From: Candidatus Latescibacterota bacterium
GTDB taxonomy: Bacteria > Latescibacterota > UBA2968
Length of the DNA stretch: 64,000 nucleotides
Assembly: GCA_965205975.1 (NCBI GenBank)
Contig: OZ242195.1
Span: forward strand, 3,680,001 to 3,744,000
Direction of reading: 5' to 3'
Each line of letters begins with the position of its first letter. The first letter of the stretch is position 1. The position numbers and the translations under genes were made by a program. Positions 49,993 through 59,595 of this stretch are shown in pieces. Under the pieces are notes generated by a model that had not been told where the DNA came from, made no database searches, and was given only the letters and a program-made list of their open reading frames with translations.

Positions 49993-50946
49993 ATGTCTGA
50001 CCACACCTTACAGCTTGCTGGCTCTATCGCTAAGTCATACTATGAGCGTGATTTTTATTCTCACCTGAGTATGCTTGCATCAGTTGAATTTGCTTTCAAT
50101 CCTGACTTATCTAAGGCAGGCCTGGAGTCTCCGTTCTCAGGATTCAAATTTGATCAACGCAAATATATTTCATTACAGCAAGCGGCTTTTGAGGAAGCTC
50201 CGCAAATAGAATCTGATGAAACTCCGGATGTCGATTGGGAGAAAATTGATAAAAAAGTATATGCATTTCAGAACCGACTTTACGGGACCATCAATGGCGA
50301 TCTAAATGATACGCGACTAAAAAAATTCACAGATTTTAGTGTCAAATGTTATGAGAAATGTATTACCTATGAATCTATGTATCCCCAATCTACCTCCAAT
50401 CCTTGGCAGCCGGTTGTAAAGATATTGGAGTGTGGTCGCCTACTGTACGTTTCGGATTCTTTGAATGAATTGAAAGATTTTACTAACTCTATTTCCAGAA
50501 GCGTTAGCGAAAAAAATCGGGGCAATATAGGCATCGTAGTAAAGGGTAAAGCACCAACTATACGTGGCTTTGTGATTGATGACCGCTATGATATACAGAA
50601 GATTGTCTATGCGTTTTTAAGGCGGGAAGCTCCGGATCATATGAGCCCCGTGAGTCTATCAACTATACAAGCCTATCTTAAGACGCTTAGACATAGTTGG
50701 TCTATTGATGCTATACAAATAAAAATAACAACCCCTCTAAAAAAGACCGGTTTTGTTGGTTCTACAGGCAAGGGTTTTTTCGTCATCCAAACCTCAGATG
50801 ATTTAATCGCCTCATATCGCTTCCATCTTACAAAAGTAGTTTCAATAAATACAATTATAGAACAGTATCACATTCGTTCCCGCGAATTTGGCGATATAGA
50901 TCTCCAGAAGGAATTTGGAGGCCCAACGATTAATCGGATTGATTGA
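49993..50946 (+). CDS. Hypothetical protein with possible C-terminal winged-helix domain
   Basis: 317 aa AT-rich ORF; C-terminal helices followed by GFVGSTGKGFFV wing-like hairpin. Confidence 0.6.
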   Translation: MSDHTLQLAGSIAKSYYERDFYSHLSMLASVEFAFNPDLSKAGLESPFSGFKFDQRKYISLQQAAFEEAPQIESDETPDVDWEKIDKKVYAFQNRLYGTINGDLNDTRLKKFTDFSVKCYEKCITYESMYPQSTSNPWQPVVKILECGRLLYVSDSLNELKDFTNSISRSVSEKNRGNIGIVVKGKAPTIRGFVIDDRYDIQKIVYAFLRREAPDHMSPVSLSTIQAYLKTLRHSWSIDAIQIKITTPLKKTGFVGSTGKGFFVIQTSDDLIASYRFHLTKVVSINTIIEQYHIRSREFGDIDLQKEFGGPTINRID

Positions 50947-50970
50947 TTTCGGAAAGTCTTGATAGCAGCC

Positions 50971-51747
50971 ATGTTTATTACCGAAGCGCAAAAACAACAA
51001 TACAGAGACGAGGGTTATTTCATCCTCGAAGCCGTCATACCCGATCACCACCTCGAACTCCTGCGCGACGAATGCCAGACCTTCATCGACACCATGCACG
51101 CGCGCATGGATGAACAGGGCACGGACACCATCGGCATCAACCACCGCAACAAACGCTACTTCGTCTCCAACTGCTTTCGCCAGCAACCCAAACTCCGCGC
51201 CTTCCTCTTCAGCGACCTCATGGCCGAAATATGCCGAGCCACCCTCGGTGACAACGCATACCTCTTCTGGGAACAATACGTCGTCAAAGGTGCAGAAACC
51301 GGCATGAAATTCTCGTGGCATCAGGACTCGGGCTATGTCGGTTATCCCGACCACAAACCGTACCTCACCTGCTGGTGTGCATTGGATGACATGAGCGAAG
51401 AAAACGGCACCGTCCATCTCCTGCCCTATTCGCGCAGCGGTATTCGCTCTTGGGTACACCACATCGTCGAAGAAGGCAGCAACGACAAAGTCGGCTACTT
51501 TGGCAGCGACCCCGGCCTCATTGCAGAAGTTCCTGCAGGAAGCATAGTCGCCTTCTCCAGCATCGTCTTCCACAGCAGCAGCACCAACACCACCCCAAAA
51601 CTGCGCCGCGCGTACCTGGGCCAATACTCCTGTGAACCCATCCTATCCTCCGACGGCAGCAAACTCTGGGGCAACGCCGAACCCTTCCTCCGCAATGGCA
51701 AATCCACAGTCGGTGAACCCCCACCCGACCTGCCATCGAGATCATAA
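50971..51747 (+). CDS. PhyH-family dioxygenase
   Basis: WHQDSGY, CWCALDD..ENG, FHSSSTN, RRAYL. Confidence 0.9.
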   Translation: MFITEAQKQQYRDEGYFILEAVIPDHHLELLRDECQTFIDTMHARMDEQGTDTIGINHRNKRYFVSNCFRQQPKLRAFLFSDLMAEICRATLGDNAYLFWEQYVVKGAETGMKFSWHQDSGYVGYPDHKPYLTCWCALDDMSEENGTVHLLPYSRSGIRSWVHHIVEEGSNDKVGYFGSDPGLIAEVPAGSIVAFSSIVFHSSSTNTTPKLRRAYLGQYSCEPILSSDGSKLWGNAEPFLRNGKSTVGEPPPDLPSRS

Positions 51748-51748
51748 A

Positions 51749-53074
51749 CTAAAACTCCCGCCACCAGTACGGATTGGACAACTCCCCCGGATAATTGGAA
51801 TGAACCAATTCGTAAACCCCCGTACCTCGCCGATCTCTAAATACAAATTCGTAGCGCCGCGCGGTCTCGTAAAACCAGACCTCCGAAGGCTTCTGACCCG
51901 CTGCAGAAGTCCGATAATCAATATCATCGGGCGGTCCATACTGAATATAAACCCGTCCCCGGTCCGTATCTGATCCCCTTACGCCAGCCCCAAAATGCGT
52001 CTCCACATAATGCAGGCGCATCAAATGCTGCAACAGACGCTCATTGGTCGGCGTATCCAGCACATCGTCCAACTGCTTCCAAAACACCTTCAAAAACGCC
52101 AGTCTGGCGGGCCAGCTCTCCAGCGCGTCATAAGTCCGCCGCGTCTTCTCATCGGCGATATACCGGATATCTGCATAATACCCGATCAAATCCCTCTGTA
52201 CCTGAGTAAGCCCCTCGGGCAAATCTTTTGAAACCAGAAAAATGGGACGTCTCGTCTGAAAATACTGCCGGCTACTCCCATCAAACGCCTCCACCTGAAG
52301 ATCATAAGTCCCCTCCCGCAAACCCTCTGTATCCAGAACCTCCGCCCTCACACAACTCTCCCCCGGCTTTAAAAACCGCTTGGCCGGATAAGTACGCACA
52401 ACCATCCCCTCCGCATCGATCAGACGGTACCCCATAATAAAACTCTCTCCCGACGACGACAGATTATACACCTCAAAATAAATCTGTAGCGGCTCTCCGA
52501 TAACATAATTCCGAGTAATATTCGGCACGACCTTCCAGCCCTGCTTGACAAACCGATGGACTTCCCCGCTTCTCGCCACGCTAAAAGCCAACTGCAAATC
52601 GCTAAACACCAGCCCCGCACGACGCTCGTAATCCGGTATCTGAAGCGGCACAGTACAACGCCCGCTCTCCTCCGCATGAATATCCTTAATCTGCATAATC
52701 AGCCGATAAGCACCCGGCTTCAAATCAAAATAAACAGCATCCTTAAACGGTGCTCCGATCCCCACATCCAGCTCTGGAACAGCAACCTGCTGTACCCATG
52801 TCCGATGGACCACCCGATTGTCCAGCGTATCCAGCACCACAGCGACCAGAGAAATCTTCCCAACGGACTCCCCTTCCTGCTCCCGAAGCTCAAGCTGACT
52901 CGCATCCAGCAACAAAGCCACCTCCTGGCGGGTATATCCCTCGGGACCTCGAAAAGCCGACAAATCGACAAAAAAACGCAGGTTGCCCGTACTCGTCAAA
53001 GGCAAATCCTGCGCTCCTATGCCACCCGCATGCGACCAGATGAGCAGCACCGTGACACAACGTATCCATCTCAT
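51749..53074 (-). CDS. GWxTD-domain exported protein
   Basis: Signal peptide; FW...D....TNE...R..Y....F...GSDTDRGRVYIQYGPPD, EVWFY. Confidence 0.8.
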   Translation of the reverse strand: MRWIRCVTVLLIWSHAGGIGAQDLPLTSTGNLRFFVDLSAFRGPEGYTRQEVALLLDASQLELREQEGESVGKISLVAVVLDTLDNRVVHRTWVQQVAVPELDVGIGAPFKDAVYFDLKPGAYRLIMQIKDIHAEESGRCTVPLQIPDYERRAGLVFSDLQLAFSVARSGEVHRFVKQGWKVVPNITRNYVIGEPLQIYFEVYNLSSSGESFIMGYRLIDAEGMVVRTYPAKRFLKPGESCVRAEVLDTEGLREGTYDLQVEAFDGSSRQYFQTRRPIFLVSKDLPEGLTQVQRDLIGYYADIRYIADEKTRRTYDALESWPARLAFLKVFWKQLDDVLDTPTNERLLQHLMRLHYVETHFGAGVRGSDTDRGRVYIQYGPPDDIDYRTSAAGQKPSEVWFYETARRYEFVFRDRRGTGVYELVHSNYPGELSNPYWWREF

Positions 53075-53096
53075 GTCGATCCCCTATTTATTTTTC

Positions 53097-53876
53097 CTAT
53101 TGGGTCCACTCCTCACAGCCTTTAAATGGCATAGTCTCTCCCGGAACATATCGCGGGCGCGCCGCATACACATTTGGAACATCGGGATCAGCTTTGCCCC
53201 GCACGAGAATATTCTCGTGGTCTTCTCTATTCACCCAGGTACTCGTCGGGATATACCTCAACGTAAGACCAACGCGCCACTGGTCCGAAGTATTGGCATT
53301 GGAACCGTGGATAATATTCGGATTGTGGATCGAAACATCGCCCGCGTTGAGCTCCAGATCAACCGCATCCGAATCGTCGATCTGATCGGGATGAATACCC
53401 ACGCCGAGCACGTACTTTTCCTGATCCAGATCAATGAGATCGCGGCGCTGGAGCAAATGCTTATCATGCGTCCCCGGCAACACCCGCATACAGCCATTCT
53501 CAACCGTCGAAGGCGTCCCCGCAACCCACAAAGTCGTCACTTCCATTGGCTCGAGGGGCCAATAAGATCCATCTTGATGCCACTGCACAGCCTGACCATC
53601 GCCCGGGGGCTTGGCGATATAATGTGCGGCAAACATTGCGACATCGGGCCCGAGAAACTGTTCCGCAATATCCACAAGACGTTCATCCCCCACGAGCCGA
53701 TGCATAAATGGATCGCGAGCGAGCAAATTGTGATGCAAACGCTCTGGACGCACGCCGGGATTCCGCTCAATAAGCCAATAGACGTGTTGCACCGTCTCTT
53801 CTGCAAGTCCGGCATCAATCGCCTCACGCGCGATAGCATAGCCATTTTGATCGTATTCACATCGCAAATTATTCAT
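53097..53876 (-). CDS. PhyH-family dioxygenase
   Basis: KPPG, WHQDGSYW, NGCMRVLPGTH, IHGSNAN. Confidence 0.9.
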   Translation of the reverse strand: MNNLRCEYDQNGYAIAREAIDAGLAEETVQHVYWLIERNPGVRPERLHHNLLARDPFMHRLVGDERLVDIAEQFLGPDVAMFAAHYIAKPPGDGQAVQWHQDGSYWPLEPMEVTTLWVAGTPSTVENGCMRVLPGTHDKHLLQRRDLIDLDQEKYVLGVGIHPDQIDDSDAVDLELNAGDVSIHNPNIIHGSNANTSDQWRVGLTLRYIPTSTWVNREDHENILVRGKADPDVPNVYAARPRYVPGETMPFKGCEEWTQ

Positions 53877-53877
53877 A

Positions 53878-55335
53878 TCACCCCGATTTGATCTCTCGCA
53901 ACCGATCCGCCATCCGCTCGGCAACATCGGGATGGATCGACGCCACATTCTCAATCTGCCCGATATCGTCCGAAAGATAGTAAAGTTGCGGAACTGGAGA
54001 ATTGCCAGTCTCAATATTCACATTCGTATTCACAGGCGGACCCTGGTGCGGCGGAATAAACACCCAATCCCCCTGCCGCAAAACCGTCTTTGCCTGAACA
54101 CCCTCCAGAACGATCTCCGCACGCCCCTCATCGCTTTGCCCCAGCAGAGCATCGAGCACATCCACGCTATCGGGACCCGCATCCTCATCCAGCGAAACAC
54201 CTGCAAGAGCAGCAAAAGAAGCCAAAAAATCGACCTGACTGACCAGCGCCTCAGATTCCCCGGTCTCCACATTACCGGGCCACGAAACGATAAAAGGCAC
54301 GCGAGTACCCCCATCGTACATACTGTATTTTCCCCCGCGCAACGGACCTGCTGGTCGGTGATCGCCACACAGCTCAACCGCCTCGTCGTAATAACCATCA
54401 TTCAACACCGGACCATTATCGCTGGAAAAAACCACAATCGTATCTTCTTTCAAGCCACACCGATCAAGCGCATCGAGCATCTCGCCCACACACCAATCCA
54501 TCTCGGCAATCGCATCGCCACGCGGACCCAATCCAGTACTCCCCTCAAATCTGGGATGGGGCAGCCGCGGAACATGGGGTTGGTGGAAAGCGTAATACAA
54601 GAAAAAAGGACCATCCTTGTTCTTCTCGACAAATGAAACGGCCTTTTCCAAAAACACATCGGCCATATCTTCATCCACCCAAAGCGCAGCCTCGCCTCCT
54701 CTCATATACCCAATTCGACTCACGCCATTGACAATACTCATATCGTGTCCGTGGTGGAACTTCATCTTCAGCAACTCGGGATTGTCTTTCCCGGTCGGCA
54801 GCCCCGGAAACGGCTTATTCTTATCGTACTCCACCTCAATTGGATCGGACGGATCGAGACCCACCACATCTCTGCCATCCAGATACACACACGGCACGCG
54901 ATCATTGGTCGCAGCCATGATATAAGAATAGTCAAAACCAATATCCAGAGGTGTCAGCGGAAGCGGTTCATTCCAATTTTGATTCCCCTCGCCAATACCC
55001 AGATGCCATTTGCCAACAACACCCGTTGTATAACCGACCTCCTTGAGAACAGAAGGCAACGTAGCAGAACCGGGATCTATGATAAGCGGCGCATCGCCGG
55101 GCAAAATATGTGCGCGTTCATTGCGCCAGGAATAAGACCCCGTAAGCAAGCTATAGCGCGAAGGCGTACACGTCGCCGCCGTAGCATACCCGTGGTAAAA
55201 CACCAGCCCCTCGGAAGCTAACCGATCGATATTGGGCGTATCGAGCACCGTAGCACCGTAACAGCTCACATCTCCAAAACCGAGATCATCCGCGTACATA
55301 ACAACAATATTGGGACGCTTTCCCGAAACTCTCAT
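53878..55335 (-). CDS. Arylsulfatase (Cys-type, formylglycine-dependent)
   Basis: PNIVVMYADDLG, CTPSRYSLLTG, GKWHLG, SDNG. Confidence 0.92.
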   Translation of the reverse strand: MRVSGKRPNIVVMYADDLGFGDVSCYGATVLDTPNIDRLASEGLVFYHGYATAATCTPSRYSLLTGSYSWRNERAHILPGDAPLIIDPGSATLPSVLKEVGYTTGVVGKWHLGIGEGNQNWNEPLPLTPLDIGFDYSYIMAATNDRVPCVYLDGRDVVGLDPSDPIEVEYDKNKPFPGLPTGKDNPELLKMKFHHGHDMSIVNGVSRIGYMRGGEAALWVDEDMADVFLEKAVSFVEKNKDGPFFLYYAFHQPHVPRLPHPRFEGSTGLGPRGDAIAEMDWCVGEMLDALDRCGLKEDTIVVFSSDNGPVLNDGYYDEAVELCGDHRPAGPLRGGKYSMYDGGTRVPFIVSWPGNVETGESEALVSQVDFLASFAALAGVSLDEDAGPDSVDVLDALLGQSDEGRAEIVLEGVQAKTVLRQGDWVFIPPHQGPPVNTNVNIETGNSPVPQLYYLSDDIGQIENVASIHPDVAERMADRLREIKSG

Positions 55336-55469
55336 ATTTTTTGTATCCTTTCTAATAGAACTACTGGCGCAATTGTGCCTCGTTGTGTACATTAGCTCGC
55401 AATATAGGAAGTTATTCAAACCGCAAGCAAGCGGAAATAATTGCCACACGTATTGTACAAGGAGGATAT

Positions 55470-56255
55470 ATGATTACACGATTGACGATTCTCGCATTAT
55501 TGTTGACCCTGACCGCCCCAAAAGCCATCGCGGAAACCAATCCCCCAGCCGAAGGATTCAACCAATCGGAATCCGACGCAAAAGCAATAGAAATTGCCGA
55601 TGCAGTCATGAAAAAAATGGGCGGATGGGAAAATTGGAATCAGACCCGATACATCACATGGCGTTTCTTTGGACGGCGCCTGCACGTATGGGACAAATGG
55701 ACGGGCAACCTGCGGCATGAAGACGGGGACATGCTCATCTTGACGAACATAAACACCAAAAAAGGCCGCGTCTGGTTCGGAGGAACAGAGCAAACAAACC
55801 CCGACTCAGTAAAAAAATATATGAACCAGGGTTACAGGCGGTGGATCAACGACTCTTACTGGCTGGTCATGCCCTATAAATTGAAAGACACAGGTGTCAC
55901 CTTAAAATACAGCGGCGAAGACAAAACCCTGGACGACCGCCCCGCACACAAATTGACCCTCACCTTTCAAAACACCGGCGTCACGCCGCGAAACAAATAC
56001 GATGTATGGGTAGATAAAGAGCACAACCTGGTCACAGAATGGGCTTTTTATCCCAGAGCATCGGACGCAGAACCGCGATTTCGCAACCCGTGGACAAATT
56101 GGACAAAACACGGCAACATCCTGCTCTCCGACGGACGCGGAACAACGCGCAGAGGCGAACGCAAGCATACGGATATAGCCGTCTTTGATACATTACCTGC
56201 TTCGGTATTCGAAAGCCCCGATCCCGTAGATATGATGGCGTTGAAGAATCGGTAA
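55470..56255 (+). CDS. Hypothetical exported protein
   Basis: RBS AAGGAGG, signal peptide, MGG..NW, WINDSYWLVMPYKLKD.GV conserved-looking motif. Confidence 0.72.
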   Translation: MITRLTILALLLTLTAPKAIAETNPPAEGFNQSESDAKAIEIADAVMKKMGGWENWNQTRYITWRFFGRRLHVWDKWTGNLRHEDGDMLILTNINTKKGRVWFGGTEQTNPDSVKKYMNQGYRRWINDSYWLVMPYKLKDTGVTLKYSGEDKTLDDRPAHKLTLTFQNTGVTPRNKYDVWVDKEHNLVTEWAFYPRASDAEPRFRNPWTNWTKHGNILLSDGRGTTRRGERKHTDIAVFDTLPASVFESPDPVDMMALKNR

Positions 56256-56349
56256 AAAGTATCCGCAGATGGACGCAGATAGACACAGATAAAAAAATCG
56301 AATGTAGGGCCTGTCCAAAGTGAATTACTGGTTCGGCCTATAGTCATTG

Positions 56350-56381
56350 AAAAATCCCGTTAGAACTTTAACGGGATTTTT
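56350..56381. terminator. Bidirectional terminator between convergent genes
   Basis: AAAAATCCCGTTA-GAACTT-TAACGGGATTTTT. Confidence 0.8.
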
Positions 56382-56824
56382 TATTTTTCCAAGATACGCT
56401 TCAGCGAATCAAAACCGCCCTGAAAAACCCCATTACCGATAAAATCGACCAGTTCATCTTCTTCATCTGCCGGACAGCCAAATTCTGCGGTCCACTGAAT
56501 ATACGTCCGATTGCCATCCGTAATAGGCGTCAAACTCAAAGTCGCCACATAGTCTTCAACCGACATAGGCGACTCGAGAATAGAATACGTACACGTAAAA
56601 GTAACATCGCTCAACGTCAGCAATTGTTCGCGAATATTGCCGCCATCATGCAAATTAAAATTGCGAATACAGCCCACGCTATCGCTGGATTCACCACCTT
56701 CAATATGGCTATCTGCAATCGCGGGATGCCATTCGGGCAGCGCATTAAAATCGCGAATTTTTTCCCACACAGCATCTACTGAAGCATCGAGCACTGAACT
56801 GACAAAAACACTGGCCTTGGCCAT
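56381..56824 (-). CDS. SRPBCC/polyketide-cyclase-like protein
   Basis: VWEKIRDFNALPEWHP, VGCIR, REQL. Confidence 0.85.
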   Translation of the reverse strand: MAKASVFVSSVLDASVDAVWEKIRDFNALPEWHPAIADSHIEGGESSDSVGCIRNFNLHDGGNIREQLLTLSDVTFTCTYSILESPMSVEDYVATLSLTPITDGNRTYIQWTAEFGCPADEEDELVDFIGNGVFQGGFDSLKRILEK

Positions 56825-56884
56825 CTCATCCTCCTCTATGTGTTATTATTATTTTAATAGCATAGCAAGTTGGTAGAATACAGC

Positions 56885-57979
56885 TTAAGATGCAACCTCT
56901 TTCCATTGCAAGCGGACTTTAAGTCCATTCAACTCCCTCCAGGGAAGATGGCCTTCATGTTGAAGCCTCCCGACGACGATACCCGGGGCAATACCCTGTT
57001 CTTCAGCGAATGCACAAACCATCTCCTCTTCGCACGGACAACTTGCAACAAACCGCTCCCACTCGCGCTTCGGCACTAGCCTGTTTGTCGCCCATTCATT
57101 CGCTTCGGCTTCAAGGTCTGCTATCTCACCCTGTTTCATGCCATCAATAAATACGCTCTTCTTGCTATGGAGAAGAACATGCGCGGCCTCGTGGAACAAG
57201 CTGAACCACAAATGGTCGTCTGTCTTGTAGCGTGCGCTCAACTGGATTATAGCCTTCCGAGGGGAAAGCCACCACGCTGCACCACTAAGGGCTGTTTTCG
57301 GCAGAGGCTTGATCAGAGCCAGAGCAACGCCAGCTTGATTGCAGAGTTGTTGTGCAGCGGGTAGCCCTTTTTCTATTGACACTTGAGTCAGCCCGCGAAT
57401 CTCTTGTAACGCCTGCTTAAAGCGCGTCTCATTGTATTTGGCACAAGCCTGTTGTTCAGCATCAAGCTCTCCGAGCCGGAGCCACGTTGCCAGCGCAATC
57501 TCATCGCTCTCAAAACTCGGCGAATGTCGATATGCTACATTCGCCAAACTATATTTCAGGTGCCAAGCCTTAATCGAACCAACGCCGAAAAATGAGAGCA
57601 ACCCAGACACAGACTCCACATCTGACTTTGACTTGCGAAGAACACCCCGTTTTACGAGTTCATTAACCGGAAACTGTTTCAACCACTCTGAAGATTTGGC
57701 GGCATTCTCCGCCTCGGATTCTCGGGCGCATTGAAGACGGTAGGCGGCCTCAATGCCGAGCCATACGTTCGCGTCAACGCCCAGCACCCTTTCAAACTGT
57801 AATGCCGTCACTGGCTCAAGGGAAGCTTTTCCCGAAATGATCTCACTAATCAGCTTCGGAGAGCGCCCGCACCGCCGCGCAAATTCAGCCTGGGATATGC
57901 CTTGCACTTCTAAACGCTCCTCCAAAATCCAACCCGGCGGGACCGCATAGTCTGGACGATACTCATGAACTGCTGCCAT
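56885..57979 (-). CDS. higA: HigA-type XRE antitoxin fused to an ImmA/IrrE metallopeptidase domain
   Basis: PPGWILEE..SQAEFA..GRSPKLISEIISGK; WFSLFHEAAH; E.EAN. Confidence 0.85.
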   Translation of the reverse strand: MAAVHEYRPDYAVPPGWILEERLEVQGISQAEFARRCGRSPKLISEIISGKASLEPVTALQFERVLGVDANVWLGIEAAYRLQCARESEAENAAKSSEWLKQFPVNELVKRGVLRKSKSDVESVSGLLSFFGVGSIKAWHLKYSLANVAYRHSPSFESDEIALATWLRLGELDAEQQACAKYNETRFKQALQEIRGLTQVSIEKGLPAAQQLCNQAGVALALIKPLPKTALSGAAWWLSPRKAIIQLSARYKTDDHLWFSLFHEAAHVLLHSKKSVFIDGMKQGEIADLEAEANEWATNRLVPKREWERFVASCPCEEEMVCAFAEEQGIAPGIVVGRLQHEGHLPWRELNGLKVRLQWKEVAS

Positions 57980-57993
57980 TGCTCGCTCCTTGT

Positions 57994-58329
57994 TCAGTGG
58001 TAGTCGATCACTTCAATGATCGTGATAGCACTCACTTTCTTCGCATCTATTCCTCCATCTTCCTTCCGTGGTATAGGATTGTGATTAGGCTCAAAAATTA
58101 GCCGATAGGGATAGACAAGATTAACGGCATATTGCTCGTCGCGATCTCCTCGAAGCTGGTGACGCCGATCTGGTGGAGTCGTGGGCACCTGCTCTAATGT
58201 CTCAGCGGCCTTTAGCGTAGCGAGGCGGATCATAATCACCTTTGCCATACGAGGGCCATACACCCTTTGGAGTAAGCGCGCAGAGTTAAAAGTTCTCGCG
58301 GTCTTACTTGTTCGAAAGGTGATGTCCAA
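57994..58329 (-). CDS. higB: HigB/RelE-like toxin
   Basis: MDITF, RRHQLRGDR..QYAVNL..PYRLIF, IEVIDYH; upstream of higA. Confidence 0.85.
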   Translation of the reverse strand: MDITFRTSKTARTFNSARLLQRVYGPRMAKVIMIRLATLKAAETLEQVPTTPPDRRHQLRGDRDEQYAVNLVYPYRLIFEPNHNPIPRKEDGGIDAKKVSAITIIEVIDYH

Positions 58330-58359
58330 TACCCCGACTCCTATTAATCGATTTTTTCG

Positions 58360-58404
58360 TTACCTAATAGGTAATATATTATCAGATTTTATTTAGAGAG
58401 GCAA
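58360..58404 (-). promoter_or_regulatory. higBA promoter and operator
   Basis: Minus strand TTGCCT-17 bp-TAATAT followed by palindrome TTACCTA-N-TAGGTAA (58360-58374). Confidence 0.6.
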
Positions 58405-58541
58405 GAAGAATCTGGCAGCAGGAGCACCGCTGTCTGGAGACCAGTGTGAAAAGCCTCTTTGCCAGACCATATTAACCTGCTATATTCCTGAACCTGCTAT
58501 TTATCACCTGATCAATAACATCTCAGTTTTCGGAGGTCAGC

Positions 58542-59591
58542 ATGGAGCTATTAAAAGAATTGTGTGAATGTTCGGGAGTACCTGGGCGCGAAGAGCGATT
58601 GCGCGAAATCGTGCGGCGAGAGTTGGAACCCATCGCAGATGACCTTCGCGTAGATGGGATGGGCAACTTAATTATAAAAAAGAACGCAAGCGCGGGCGAA
58701 AATTCAAAAAAACTGATGCTGGCCGCGCACATGGACGAAATAGGCTTTGTCGTATCCCACATCGACAAACAGGGACTCTTGCGCCTCGTACCTCTGGGCG
58801 GGCACGACCCGCGCAACATGGTCGCACAACGAGTCACCGTCGCCGGCACAGAAAAAGATTACACGGGCCTGCTCTACCCCGGTGTAAAACCACCGCATAT
58901 CCAGACAGAAGCCGACCGCAACAAAAAACTGGACGTCAGCGACTTTGTCGTAGATCTCTACATGTCAGCCGACGACGTCAAAGAAGAAATCGAAATCGGC
59001 GCAATGGTAACACTGCAACGCGACTTTGTCGAAATTGGCGATGGCGTAAGTTGTAAAGCCATGGACAACCGGCTCGCCGTATATGTCATGATCGAAGCCG
59101 TAAAACGGGCCGAAACCTTCGCCTTTGAAACATATCCCGTAGCCACAGTACAGGAAGAAATTGGACTGCGAGGCGCAACCGCGAGTGCTTTTGGCGTAAA
59201 CCCAGACGTAGGCGTAGCCCTGGACATCACACTGGCAGCCGACATACCGGGCATCCCCGAGCACGAACAGGTCACATGCCTGGGAGAAGGTACTGCAATA
59301 AAAATTCAGGACTCCAGTTCAATCTCACACCCGGGATTAGTCGCGCACATGAAAACCCTCGCAAAAGAGCGCGACATCAAATACCAGATGGAAATACTGC
59401 CTCGGGGCGGCACAGACGCAGGCGGAATACAGCGAATTCGAGCTGGCGTACCCGTAATCACCCTCTCCATCCCCACGCGGTACGTACACACATCCATCGA
59501 ATTGGCCGACAAAGACGATATCGAAGCCACCATTCAACTATTAGCCGCCTTTCTCGAAGAAGGCCATCGCACGGATTGGGATATGGTGTGA
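58542..59591 (+). CDS. M42-family aminopeptidase
   Basis: AAHMDEIG, KAMDNR, QEEIGLRGA, GGTDAG, RYVHT. Confidence 0.92.
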   Translation: MELLKELCECSGVPGREERLREIVRRELEPIADDLRVDGMGNLIIKKNASAGENSKKLMLAAHMDEIGFVVSHIDKQGLLRLVPLGGHDPRNMVAQRVTVAGTEKDYTGLLYPGVKPPHIQTEADRNKKLDVSDFVVDLYMSADDVKEEIEIGAMVTLQRDFVEIGDGVSCKAMDNRLAVYVMIEAVKRAETFAFETYPVATVQEEIGLRGATASAFGVNPDVGVALDITLAADIPGIPEHEQVTCLGEGTAIKIQDSSSISHPGLVAHMKTLAKERDIKYQMEILPRGGTDAGGIQRIRAGVPVITLSIPTRYVHTSIELADKDDIEATIQLLAAFLEEGHRTDWDMV

Positions 59592-59595
59592 TAGG

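Noticed and set aside
52983..53891. 302-aa plus-strand ORF
   Set aside because: Antisense to a motif-complete PhyH gene.
58410..58470. Possible riboswitch (TCTGGCA...TGCCAGA stem) upstream of the M42 peptidase
   Set aside because: No match to the riboswitch consensus motifs I know; only a 7-bp stem. An Rfam search would settle it.
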